Source: Actinomycetota bacterium (GTDB lineage Bacteria > Actinomycetota > Aquicultoria > SURF-47). Taken from it: a stretch of DNA of 64,000 bases. Every line of letters begins with the position of its first letter. Positions within the stretch are counted from its first letter, which is position 1. The position numbers were made by a program, and so were the translations under genes. Below the pieces are notes generated by a model. It was given only the letters and a program-made list of their open reading frames with translations, did not search any database and had not been told where the DNA came from. Shown here in pieces: positions 35,893 through 45,451 of this stretch. The stretch lies in NCBI GenBank assembly GCA_003599235.1, contig QZJE01000013.1, positions 78,536 to 142,535 of the forward strand, read 5' to 3'.

Positions 35893-38091
35893 ATGAAGAA
35901 ACTTTTAGCAGTTATTGTTGTTATTTCGTTGTTATCTTTTCCTTTACACCTGGATGCCATCAGCACCTTTGAAGCAACCCAGTCAGGCTCAGCTAGAACT
36001 GATCTTAATCTAGAGGGTGGCTATGTCGAAGATATCGCCATTGCACCAAACGGCACTATTTATGCCGCTTCTAACTCACCCAATGGAATTTTTGCCTCAA
36101 CTAATGGGGGCGCTTCTTGGCATGGGCCTTCTGGAAACGCCGATATGGGCTCCCCTATCGATGTTGAAGTTGATGGTGCTTCTAATGCTTACGTAATTGC
36201 CGGAATAGACCTTTATAAAACCACTAATAATGGAAGCAGTTGGTCTAAACTAAGTTCAGGCAAAGGCAATTATGATCAAACCATGCTTTATGCTCAAAAT
36301 AAATTATTAGTTCCCTCAAGAGACGGAAGCATTGATTTAAGCTCTAACGGCGGATCATCTTTTTCCAATGTAACTATTGCCTCCGGTCAAAGAATTACAT
36401 CTTTAGCATCATCGCCTACTGCCGGAACTTTTTATGCCCTGGTAGGCAGTGGCACAACCACACTTTACAGCAGTACTGATGGCGGGGCTTCCTGGGCTCC
36501 AACTGGTAAGGCTGGTGATTATTCAGTTGTTGGAGTTAATCAAACTAGTGGCAGGATTGTGCTTGCCGGAAACACAAATGAATATAGCGATAACGGTGGA
36601 GGCGCCTGGTCGTCTATGGGCACAGGAGGTTCAGGACATATTACCTTTAGCTCAAACCGCACTTATATCGGCCCTTCTTGGACTGATAATGATGGTGGAA
36701 CATGGCACAATCTGCAAAACGAAGCAGCAAGCTACACTAGTATTCTAAAAGGTGATAGCTTTGCCGTAGATGGTTCCAATTCCAATATTATGTACATTAA
36801 ATCAGGGCGGGGTATCGCCAAGACAACTGATGGTGGTGCTAACTGGACAGATATCTGCTCTGGGATGACCGGCATTACCGTAAACGATATTAGTCAAGCC
36901 AGAAACAAAAATGTTGTCTGGATAGCCGCTTATGGGGGATTGGCAAGATGTAGTAATTTTACATCTTCCTCTCCTACTTGGACTTTTCCAATTCTGCCTT
37001 CTGTTTCAGTAGACTCAGCTACCTCCGTATGGGTTAATCCCAGCAATACAAATACCGTTCTAGCAGGAGCGCTTCAAAGAATATGGCTGACAACTGATGG
37101 TGGCTCAAGCTGGACTGGGATTGATACCGGCTTAACGGGCGATGTTAAGGATTTTGAAGCCAAATCTGATCTTAGCGTCATTTATGCGGCAGTTGGGGGT
37201 CAAAATGGGGGCGGTGTATTAAAAAGCACCGATGGCGGAGCTAGCTGGTCTAGTGCCGGTCTATCAGGACCGCCAGTAAATACCATTGCCATATCTGGTA
37301 GTTATGTATATGCCGGATGCGGCCGGGAGTTTGCTAGTACTTCTTCAACCCGGGGAATCTATCGTTATAACGGCTCTTCTTGGACACACTTAGCCGATGA
37401 TACCGCCGGCAAACTCATCAACGACCTTTTAGGTGTAGGCAGCACCATATATGCCGCCAGCGGAGAAACAGGCCAGGGAGGAGTGTTTAAATCAACCAAT
37501 AACGGATCCAGCTGGTCTGAGCTTAAGAAGGGTTTGCCAACTGACGGCTGGTTTAAGGCCTTAGCTAGAGAAAGCGGTAGTTCTACTTTATATGTTTCTA
37601 CCAGCCGGCCAGCCGGTACCAGCTATATTTATAAGTCAATGGATGATGGTGCCAGTTGGGGTAAATACTACACTGGCTTAAAAGATGAGGGTTTTAATGC
37701 CTTGCTTTTTGATGCCCTGGTAAGCGGCTCTAATACAGGATTGTTTGCTTACAAATCAAAAGCCATCTTATCCATAGCTAAAAAAGGAAAGATAAAGGGC
37801 AAATCCAGGATAAAGGTTGTGCTCAAAGACAAGGTTACAAAAAAAGCCTTAAGAAACCGCTTGATTAGGCTCTATAAAAAAGTTAAAGTGCGTAAACGCA
37901 TAAAAAAACGCAAAAGATGGGTGTGGGTATGGAGGCTTATAGCAAGAAAAAGAACTAACAAAAAAGGTCTTCTCTACTTTTATATTAGGCCTTCTAAGAA
38001 AACATCTTATAGAACTAAGTGGATTCCTAAATCCAGGAAAGATAAATCCAATTATTTATCAGCGATATCGAAAGCGATTGCGGTTAAGTAA
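35893..38091 (+). CDS. Secreted BNR/Asp-box repeat beta-propeller protein with a hyper-basic C-terminal tail
   Basis: Signal peptide MKKLLAVIVVISLLSFPLHLDA. At least 11 S/T-x-D/N-G-G-x-S/T-W Asp-box motifs (STNGGASW, TTNNGSSW, STDGGASW, TTDGGANW and others). The last ~110 aa include KKVKVRKRIKKRKRWVWVWRLIARKRTNKKG. Confidence 0.75.
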   Translation: MKKLLAVIVVISLLSFPLHLDAISTFEATQSGSARTDLNLEGGYVEDIAIAPNGTIYAASNSPNGIFASTNGGASWHGPSGNADMGSPIDVEVDGASNAYVIAGIDLYKTTNNGSSWSKLSSGKGNYDQTMLYAQNKLLVPSRDGSIDLSSNGGSSFSNVTIASGQRITSLASSPTAGTFYALVGSGTTTLYSSTDGGASWAPTGKAGDYSVVGVNQTSGRIVLAGNTNEYSDNGGGAWSSMGTGGSGHITFSSNRTYIGPSWTDNDGGTWHNLQNEAASYTSILKGDSFAVDGSNSNIMYIKSGRGIAKTTDGGANWTDICSGMTGITVNDISQARNKNVVWIAAYGGLARCSNFTSSSPTWTFPILPSVSVDSATSVWVNPSNTNTVLAGALQRIWLTTDGGSSWTGIDTGLTGDVKDFEAKSDLSVIYAAVGGQNGGGVLKSTDGGASWSSAGLSGPPVNTIAISGSYVYAGCGREFASTSSTRGIYRYNGSSWTHLADDTAGKLINDLLGVGSTIYAASGETGQGGVFKSTNNGSSWSELKKGLPTDGWFKALARESGSSTLYVSTSRPAGTSYIYKSMDDGASWGKYYTGLKDEGFNALLFDALVSGSNTGLFAYKSKAILSIAKKGKIKGKSRIKVVLKDKVTKKALRNRLIRLYKKVKVRKRIKKRKRWVWVWRLIARKRTNKKGLLYFYIRPSKKTSYRTKWIPKSRKDKSNYLSAISKAIAVK

Positions 38092-38156
38092 GCAGTAAGC
38101 TATAAGCCGTAAGTAGTAAGCTAGGGCGCTGTCATTCAGATGGCGCCCTTTTTTAT
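38089..38156 (+). terminator. Heptad stop-codon array (5 TAA) followed by an intrinsic terminator
   Basis: TAA at 38089 (the gene stop), 38096, 38103, 38110 and 38117 (taagcag taagcta taagccg taagtag taagcta). Then the stem AGGGCGC/GCGCCCT with loop tgtcattcagatg and a T-run. Confidence 0.65.
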
Positions 38157-39673
38157 TATTCGTCTTCATAATTTGGCTCAGGGCTAGGAGAAGCAACCGG
38201 CCCCAAAGGTGTATCCTCAATTTTTATGCCGATAGCATTAAGCTCATCGCGAATTTGATCTGCTTTACTAAACTCTTTATTAGCTTTAGCTTTGTCTCTA
38301 ATTTCTAGCAACTCTTGAAGCATCTTATCAACATCACCTAATGCTTTTTTCTTTGCAAATTCTTCATAAGTATTGGCTATTTTAGGAGGAAGGTTTAATT
38401 TTATCTCTATCGGAAAATTAAAGCCTAGCAACAACAATAGTTTGTTTATTAAATTTCTTGAGTTAACCAAAGCTCCCTTTGTTGCCCTAGAAAGATTAGT
38501 ATTATCGTCCAAAAAAATATTTAAATCACGAATAAAATCAAAAATTAAACTGATGGCAACTGAACTATTAAAATCATCATCCATTGCACTTGTAAAAGTT
38601 TGCTCCAATTTTGAGCTAAGTTCTTCTAACTCAACGCTCTTATCCTCATTAATGTCAGGAGCTTCGTCAATTATGAAAGCAATTCTCTTATATATTTCAC
38701 TAATCCCATCGCCAGAAGCCTCGGCTTCTGTTAATAATTCATCATCAAAATCGATAGGGCTTCTATAGTGGGTTTTTAGAAAAAGCATTCTAAAGCTGTT
38801 TCTTAAATCATTAAGCCTATCCTTATATCGTTCTTCCAACTCTTTGATGGTCACGATGTTGCCTACAGACTTGGCCATTTTTTCTTTTTTGATATTTACA
38901 AAGCCGTTATGCAGCCAGTATTTAACAAATGGCTTACCAGTGTAACCTTCGGACTGGGCAATTTCATTTTCATGATGAGGAAAAATTAGGTCGTGGCCTC
39001 CGCCATGGATATCAATTGTCTCTCTCTTTAGATATTGAAGCGACATAGCCGAACACTCCAAATGCCATCCGGGACGACCTTTGCCCCACAGACTATCCCA
39101 GGCCGGCTCCCCCTCTTTAGCTTTCTTCCAAAGGGCAAAATCTAAAGGATCTTCTTTTCGCTCATCTACTTCTACCCTGGCCCCAGCCTCTAACTCATCA
39201 ATACTGCGTTTAGATAATTTACCGTAATCCTTAAAGGAGCGCACCCGGTAAAAAACGTCACCATCGGCCTCATAAGCCAAACCTTTATCTATTAGGCCTT
39301 CAATTATCTCAAGCATTTTGGGGATAGTCTCGGTAGCAGTAGGCTCTATATCAGGCGGCAAAACTCCTAAGACATCCATATCATTATGAAAAGCCTCGAT
39401 ATATTTTTTTGCGATGTCCCCAGCCGTAGTATTTTCTTCTTTGGCCCGGTTAATTATTTTGTCATCAACATCTGTTAGATTGCGTACATAAGTAACATCA
39501 AAACCCTTATGTTTTAGCCAACGGTAAATAACATCGAAAGCAATGTAGGCCCGGGCATTACCAATATGGATATAACCATAGACCGTCGGCCCACAAACAT
39601 ACATTTTTATCTCTTTATCACTTAGCGGAGTAAGTTCCTCTTTATTTTGTGAGAGCGTATTATAAACTTTCAT
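38156..39673 (-). CDS. cysS: Cysteine--tRNA ligase
   Basis: MYVCGPTVYGYIHIGNAR (HIGH) and KMAKSVGN (KMSKS). The ORF-track start at 39739 extends 22 codons into a repeat element. MKVYNTL at 39673 is the family-typical start. Confidence 0.9.
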   Translation of the reverse strand: MKVYNTLSQNKEELTPLSDKEIKMYVCGPTVYGYIHIGNARAYIAFDVIYRWLKHKGFDVTYVRNLTDVDDKIINRAKEENTTAGDIAKKYIEAFHNDMDVLGVLPPDIEPTATETIPKMLEIIEGLIDKGLAYEADGDVFYRVRSFKDYGKLSKRSIDELEAGARVEVDERKEDPLDFALWKKAKEGEPAWDSLWGKGRPGWHLECSAMSLQYLKRETIDIHGGGHDLIFPHHENEIAQSEGYTGKPFVKYWLHNGFVNIKKEKMAKSVGNIVTIKELEERYKDRLNDLRNSFRMLFLKTHYRSPIDFDDELLTEAEASGDGISEIYKRIAFIIDEAPDINEDKSVELEELSSKLEQTFTSAMDDDFNSSVAISLIFDFIRDLNIFLDDNTNLSRATKGALVNSRNLINKLLLLLGFNFPIEIKLNLPPKIANTYEEFAKKKALGDVDKMLQELLEIRDKAKANKEFSKADQIRDELNAIGIKIEDTPLGPVASPSPEPNYEDE

Positions 39674-39790
39674 TAATCCCAAATTACAAATCCCAAAATA
39701 CAAATAAATGGCAAGCTCCAAATTATAAATTCCAAACACTTTTGGTATTTGGTTATTGGTGCTTACTTGCTATTTGGTGCTTGGGATTTG
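39674..39790. repeat. CA-rich/GT-rich imperfect palindromic element (copy 2), overlapping the gpmI 3' end
   Basis: cccaaattacaaatcccaaaatacaaataaatggcaagctccaaattataaattccaaa / ttttggtatttggttattggtgcttacttgctatttggtgcttgggatttg. The right arm encodes the last residues (KSQAPNSK) of GpmI. Confidence 0.6.
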
Positions 39791-41328
39791 ATAATTAACG
39801 ACCTCCCTGTCATCTCATCCGGTTTTTCAATCCCCAGTATATCAAGCATGGTAGGTGCTATGTCGGCTAGGATGCCGTCATTTCGTAGAGGCACGGCGCG
39901 CCGTGCCTCTACATGGTTTGTTATATAAATAAAAGGCACTTTATCTGTGGTATGAGCAGTTTGAGGACCGCCGCCAATATCTACCATAGCTTCGGCGTTG
40001 CCGTGATCTGCGGTAATTAAAACCGCTCCACCTTTCTCTTTTACTGCCCCTACAACACTGCCAACACATTCATCGATGGTTTCAATAGCCTTAACAGCTG
40101 CATCAAAAAAACCAGTGTGGCCCACCATATCAGGATTAGCGTAATTTAGGATAATCACATCATATTTATCGCCATTCACTTCTCCTACTACTTTATCAGT
40201 TACCTTATGTGCACTCATTTCAGGCATTAAATCATAGGTAGCTACTTTGGGTGAGGGAATTAATATCCTATCTTCCCCTGGCCGCTTGTCTTCTTCTCCA
40301 CCGTTAAAGAAAAAGGTTACGTGAGCATATTTTTCCGTCTCGGCGATTCGTAATTGTTTCAATCCGTTTTTGGCCAGCACGTCGGCCAAAATATTTTTTA
40401 AGTGTCTTTGGGGGAAAGCAATCGGTATATCAAAAGTAGCATCATATTGAGTCATGGAGACAAAAAAGACATGAGGTGGATGAGAGCCTCTGTCAAATCC
40501 TTTAAAATCAGGGTCGATAAAAGCTCTTGTGAGCTCACGCGCCCTATCAGGACGGAAGTTAAAGAAGATGATTGAGTCATGCTCTTTTATTCGATCTCGC
40601 CTCTCGCCTCTCGCTTCTATCACTGTAGGTTTAACAAACTCGTCATTTTCAGCTCGGCTATAAGCAATTTCAACAGCCTCTCCTGCATTGTCAGCCACTT
40701 CCCCTTGACCATCAACTAAAGCTCTATAGGCCTTCTCAACCCTCTCCCAACGATTATCCCTATCCATTGCATAATAGCGTCCGCTAACAGTTGCTATTCT
40801 TCCTGTTCCTAAACCAGCCATCTTATCTTCGAGCTGGCTCAAAAAAATCCTAGCTGACTGAGGCGCAACATCACGGCCATCTAGAAAAGCATGGACACAA
40901 GGATTAATTCCTTTAGATTTAGCAAGCTCTAGTAAGGCATATAGGTGATTAAGTTGAGAATGTACTCCTCCATCAGATACCAAGCCCATAAAATGGAGGT
41001 TGCTCTTTTTTATTTTTACATTTTCTATGGCTTCTAAAAGAAAGGGGTTTTCATAGAAAGTACCATTTTCGATAGCTTCATCAATCCTGGTTAAATCTTG
41101 CAAAACAATGCGGCCGGCGCCAATATTTAGGTGACCTACCTCAGAGTTTCCCATCTGACCGGCAGGAAGTCCTACATCGGCTCCGGCAGCACCAATTAAA
41201 GTATTCGGATAAGTTTTAAGCAATTCATCATAATTAGGAGTATTAGCAGCTAAAATGGCATTGCCTTGTTTAGAATCGCTTGCTCCCCAGCCATCGAGGA
41301 TTACTAAAGTTAGTGGTTTTGGTTGCAT
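39763..41328 (-). CDS. gpmI: 2,3-bisphosphoglycerate-independent phosphoglycerate mutase
   Basis: LVILDGWG, NSEVGHLNIGAGR, ADHGNAE and the C-terminal GILADIAPTMLDILG...EMTG.SLI are all iPGM hallmarks. Confidence 0.9.
   Translation of the reverse strand: MQPKPLTLVILDGWGASDSKQGNAILAANTPNYDELLKTYPNTLIGAAGADVGLPAGQMGNSEVGHLNIGAGRIVLQDLTRIDEAIENGTFYENPFLLEAIENVKIKKSNLHFMGLVSDGGVHSQLNHLYALLELAKSKGINPCVHAFLDGRDVAPQSARIFLSQLEDKMAGLGTGRIATVSGRYYAMDRDNRWERVEKAYRALVDGQGEVADNAGEAVEIAYSRAENDEFVKPTVIEARGERRDRIKEHDSIIFFNFRPDRARELTRAFIDPDFKGFDRGSHPPHVFFVSMTQYDATFDIPIAFPQRHLKNILADVLAKNGLKQLRIAETEKYAHVTFFFNGGEEDKRPGEDRILIPSPKVATYDLMPEMSAHKVTDKVVGEVNGDKYDVIILNYANPDMVGHTGFFDAAVKAIETIDECVGSVVGAVKEKGGAVLITADHGNAEAMVDIGGGPQTAHTTDKVPFIYITNHVEARRAVPLRNDGILADIAPTMLDILGIEKPDEMTGRSLIIKSQAPNSK
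39885..39912. repeat. 28-nt perfect GC-rich palindrome embedded in frame in gpmI
   Basis: GTAGAGGCACGGCGCGCCGTGCCTCTAC, translated on the minus strand as VEARRAVPL inside ..FIYITNH-VEARRAVPL-RNDGILADIAP. Confidence 0.75.
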
Positions 41329-41337
41329 GTTTTAACT

Positions 41338-42126
41338 TTAACTGTGTCTTGCGCCCAAGACAATACCGGCAAAGCTTTCCGCCTCAAGGCTAGCGCCGCC
41401 AACTAAAGCACCATCTATTTCGGGCTCAGCCATAAGAGACTTGATATTATCAGCAGTAACGCTTCCTCCATATAAAATCCGTACATGGGTAGCATCTTCG
41501 GGTTCGCTAGCTGAGGCAATGGTTGCTCTAATAAACCTGATAACATCGTTGGCTTGCTCAGGGGTAGCTGTTTGACCGGTACCGATTGCCCAAATAGGCT
41601 CGTAGGCAAAAACAAGTTTTCTAACTTCTAAGCCTTGTAAACCTTCTAGGGCAGCTATTACTTGTTTTTTTATCTTATCCTGAGTTTTGTTTTCTTCTCT
41701 TTCTTCTAGAGTTTCGCCAACACAAACAATAGGAGTAATCTTGTGGTTTAAAGCCGACTTGATTTTTTTGTTTACCATCTCGTCGGTTTCGCTAAAATAC
41801 TGCCTGCGTTCGCTATGGCCTATAATAGCATAGCGAATAGCAAGATCTTTTAACATTAAAGGAGAAATCTCTCCGGTAAAAGCTCCTTTTTCTTCCCAAT
41901 GCATATTCTGAGCACCTACGGCAATCTTTGGTTTATCGTATTCAAAGACAGTAGATACGCTACGCAAAGAAGTAAATGGAGGGCAAACTATCACGTCAAC
42001 ATCTAGGTTTCCCTTGTCTTCTAACTTATACTCTAAGTCTTGAACTAGCTTAACCGCCGCTGAGGTGGTCATATTCATTTTCCAATTTCCCGCAATTACC
42101 GGTTTTCTATCCATTATCATCTCCAT
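41338..42126 (-). CDS. tpiA: Triosephosphate isomerase
   Basis: IAGNWKMN, IGHSERR and AYEPIWAIGTG motifs. The start may be one of the nearby internal Met codons. Confidence 0.9.
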   Translation of the reverse strand: MEMIMDRKPVIAGNWKMNMTTSAAVKLVQDLEYKLEDKGNLDVDVIVCPPFTSLRSVSTVFEYDKPKIAVGAQNMHWEEKGAFTGEISPLMLKDLAIRYAIIGHSERRQYFSETDEMVNKKIKSALNHKITPIVCVGETLEEREENKTQDKIKKQVIAALEGLQGLEVRKLVFAYEPIWAIGTGQTATPEQANDVIRFIRATIASASEPEDATHVRILYGGSVTADNIKSLMAEPEIDGALVGGASLEAESFAGIVLGARHS

Positions 42127-42152
42127 GTGTACGGGCGTATTGCAATACGCCC

Positions 42153-43364
42153 CTAGCTTCCAGCTTTAGCTCCAACTACCGGCCGGTTCTCTAAAGCTTC
42201 TACTCCAGGAAGTGGCGTGCCTTCCAACACTTTCATTGAAGCTCCGCCACCGGTAGAAACAAAAGTAATTTGTCTTTCTAAATCCCATTTACGTAGCGCC
42301 CGGTCAGAATCTCCGCCACCTACAATACTTGTGGCAGCAGAATCGGTTATGGCCTCAGCTACTGCTTTTGTACCTTCTTCAAATTGGTCTATCTCAAAAA
42401 CTCCCATTGGGCCATTCCAAAAAATAGTGTGAGCGGTGTCGATTAAACCTGTATATGTGCTGATTGTATCAGGCCCGATATCAACACCCATCCAACCGTC
42501 AGGTATTTGCTCTACCGGCACTACTTTGTACTCAGCATCTTCAGAGATCTCCTTAGCAATAACAACATCTGTTGGTAATTGAAGAGGGATGTTTTTACTC
42601 TGCGCTTTCTCTAATATTTTTTGAGCTTGTAAAATCTGGTTTTCTTCTAAAATTGACTTGCCGATGTTGTAACCCTTAACCTTTAAAAAGGTAAAACACA
42701 TTCCTCCGCCTGTTAGAATACCGTCAACAATATCTAAAAATTTGTCGATTACACTGATTTTGTCGGAGACTTTGCTGCCGCCTAAAACGGCTAGAAAAGG
42801 GTGCTCGGGTTTTTCCAGCATATGATTAAGAATCTTTAGTTCCTTTTCTAAAAGACAGCCAGCTACCGCCACTGGTACGTATTTTGGAACACCAGCCACT
42901 GAAGCATGCTCTCTGTGGGCTGTGCCAAAAGCATCATTTACATAAATATCAGCTAGTGAGGCCAGTTTTTTAGCAAAATCAGAATCATTTGCTTTTTCGC
43001 CAGGGTTAAAGCGCAGGTTTTCTAAAACTAAGATGTCACCCGGTTTCATTTTTGCTTCAGCTTCTTTAGTTACTTTACAAACAGTGTGGTCTACTTTTTG
43101 TACCGGGCGCTTCAAAATTTCAGAAAGTCTTTTTGCTACCGGGTCTAGCCTAAGAGATTCTTCTATTCCCCTAGGACGCCCCAAATGGGTCATAAGGATA
43201 ACCTTTGCATTATGCTTAACCAGGTATTTAATAGTAGGAAGGGCGGCTAATATTCTAGTATCGTCAGCTACTTGACCGTCTTTTAAGGGAACATTAAAAT
43301 CTACCCTTACCAAAACCCGCTTACCACTGACATCTATGCTTTTTACACTAAGTTTATGGTTCAC
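42153..43364 (-). CDS. pgk: Phosphoglycerate kinase
   Basis: RVDFNVPL, LENLRFNPGE, NDAFGTAHR, WNGPMGVFE and STGGGAS motifs. Confidence 0.92.
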   Translation of the reverse strand: MNHKLSVKSIDVSGKRVLVRVDFNVPLKDGQVADDTRILAALPTIKYLVKHNAKVILMTHLGRPRGIEESLRLDPVAKRLSEILKRPVQKVDHTVCKVTKEAEAKMKPGDILVLENLRFNPGEKANDSDFAKKLASLADIYVNDAFGTAHREHASVAGVPKYVPVAVAGCLLEKELKILNHMLEKPEHPFLAVLGGSKVSDKISVIDKFLDIVDGILTGGGMCFTFLKVKGYNIGKSILEENQILQAQKILEKAQSKNIPLQLPTDVVIAKEISEDAEYKVVPVEQIPDGWMGVDIGPDTISTYTGLIDTAHTIFWNGPMGVFEIDQFEEGTKAVAEAITDSAATSIVGGGDSDRALRKWDLERQITFVSTGGGASMKVLEGTPLPGVEALENRPVVGAKAGS

Positions 43365-43386
43365 AAAAACCTCGTCTCACACATAC

Positions 43387-43461
43387 CGTCATTGCGAGCC
43401 CCAAAGGGGCGTGGCAATCCCTGTCGCTAGATTGCTTCGTCGCAAGCTCCTCGCAATGACG
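43387..43461. repeat. 75-nt hairpin element with 12-nt perfect terminal inverted repeats, between pgk and gap
   Basis: CGTCATTGCGAG...(51 nt, including the GCCCC-AAA-GGGGC mini-hairpin)...CTCGCAATGACG. A related partial copy is at 5925..5957. Confidence 0.65.
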
Positions 43462-43469
43462 AGGGTTGA

Positions 43470-44483
<1,014 letters not shown>

Positions 44484-44515
44484 TCAACTTTTCAATTATA
44501 CCAAACAATCACTTA

Positions 44516-45442
44516 CTAGGTTTTGTAAATCTTAGCTAACTCTGATATTCGCCTTAACCTATGGTTAACAGCTGATTTTGACAATTTCGGATTAGCAAGC
44601 CCAGCTAATTCTTCTAAACTAGCTTCTGGATTGTCCACCCTTAAACACACTATTTCCTTAAGCGCTGGGCTTAATTTCTCCAAACCATAGTTCTCATCAA
44701 TTACAGCTATGTTATTTATTTGCCTTCGGGCACTTTTTATAACTTTTTCCACGTTAGCCGTTTCAAAATTAATTAACCTGTTTACCTTGTTTTTTATCTC
44801 TTTAATTATTTTTATATCTTGATAATAAAAAAGAGGCCCCGAAGCGCCGATTAAAGCCAAAAAATCGCATACGTCGTCGAAGGTCTGTAGTGATAATACG
44901 ATGTTATTTTTTTTCTGCGATACATGAGCTTTTATTTGATAAGAGCTAAGCACCCCTACAATGTCGGTTGCCAGCTCTGCATTAGCTAAATCAAATCCCA
45001 AGTGATAACTCTGCTTAGGATGAGACAAGTAGCCGGCCCCTAGAAAAATCCCTGTTAGATAAGATTTAGCGCAGCATTTACTATTTATAAATTTTTCAGG
45101 TATACCATAATTGTACTTTGAACCCGACACTAATAAACCGAGATCGGATAGTAATAGCTCTAACTTTGGCTGGCTTGCAACTACGACTGCATAATTTGTG
45201 TGTCCTTGTAACACAGAGCGCCTTATAGATACGTTGGCACTAAGCCCATACTCTGTAAGTATTTTTTTTAGCATCCTGGCCACGCTTGAGTTTTCTGTGT
45301 GAGATTCTAAAGACAGTTTTTTATTTTCTATGTGGAGACTTCCATCAACTTTTAGTAAAGCTGATAACAAAGCTTTTTGGCAACACTTTTTACTTTGACT
45401 ATTTTTTGCTAGCTGGGTTTTTATCTCGGAGGTAAATGACAT
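44516..45442 (-). CDS. whiA: Sporulation/cell-division regulator WhiA
   Basis: MSFTSEIK..L......KCC..A.LSALL opening, a LAGLIDADG-like middle region and a C-terminal HTH (LSKSAVNHRLRRI). Sits next to rapZ. Confidence 0.85.
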   Translation of the reverse strand: MSFTSEIKTQLAKNSQSKKCCQKALLSALLKVDGSLHIENKKLSLESHTENSSVARMLKKILTEYGLSANVSIRRSVLQGHTNYAVVVASQPKLELLLSDLGLLVSGSKYNYGIPEKFINSKCCAKSYLTGIFLGAGYLSHPKQSYHLGFDLANAELATDIVGVLSSYQIKAHVSQKKNNIVLSLQTFDDVCDFLALIGASGPLFYYQDIKIIKEIKNKVNRLINFETANVEKVIKSARRQINNIAVIDENYGLEKLSPALKEIVCLRVDNPEASLEELAGLANPKLSKSAVNHRLRRISELAKIYKT

Positions 45443-45451
45443 CTAAGGAAA

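Noticed and set aside
34535-35966. Minus-strand ORFs 34535..34759 (74 aa) and 35568..35966 (132 aa).
   Set aside because: Both overlap the amidase coding frame or signal-peptide region and the promoter and start of the BNR-propeller gene on the opposite strand. Neither has motifs or an RBS.
39674-39739. 22-codon N-terminal extension of cysS in the ORF track (MFGIYNLELAIYLYFGICNLGL).
   Set aside because: It is encoded by the repeat element. CysS family proteins start close to the MKVYNTL.. position, about 30 residues before the HIGH motif.
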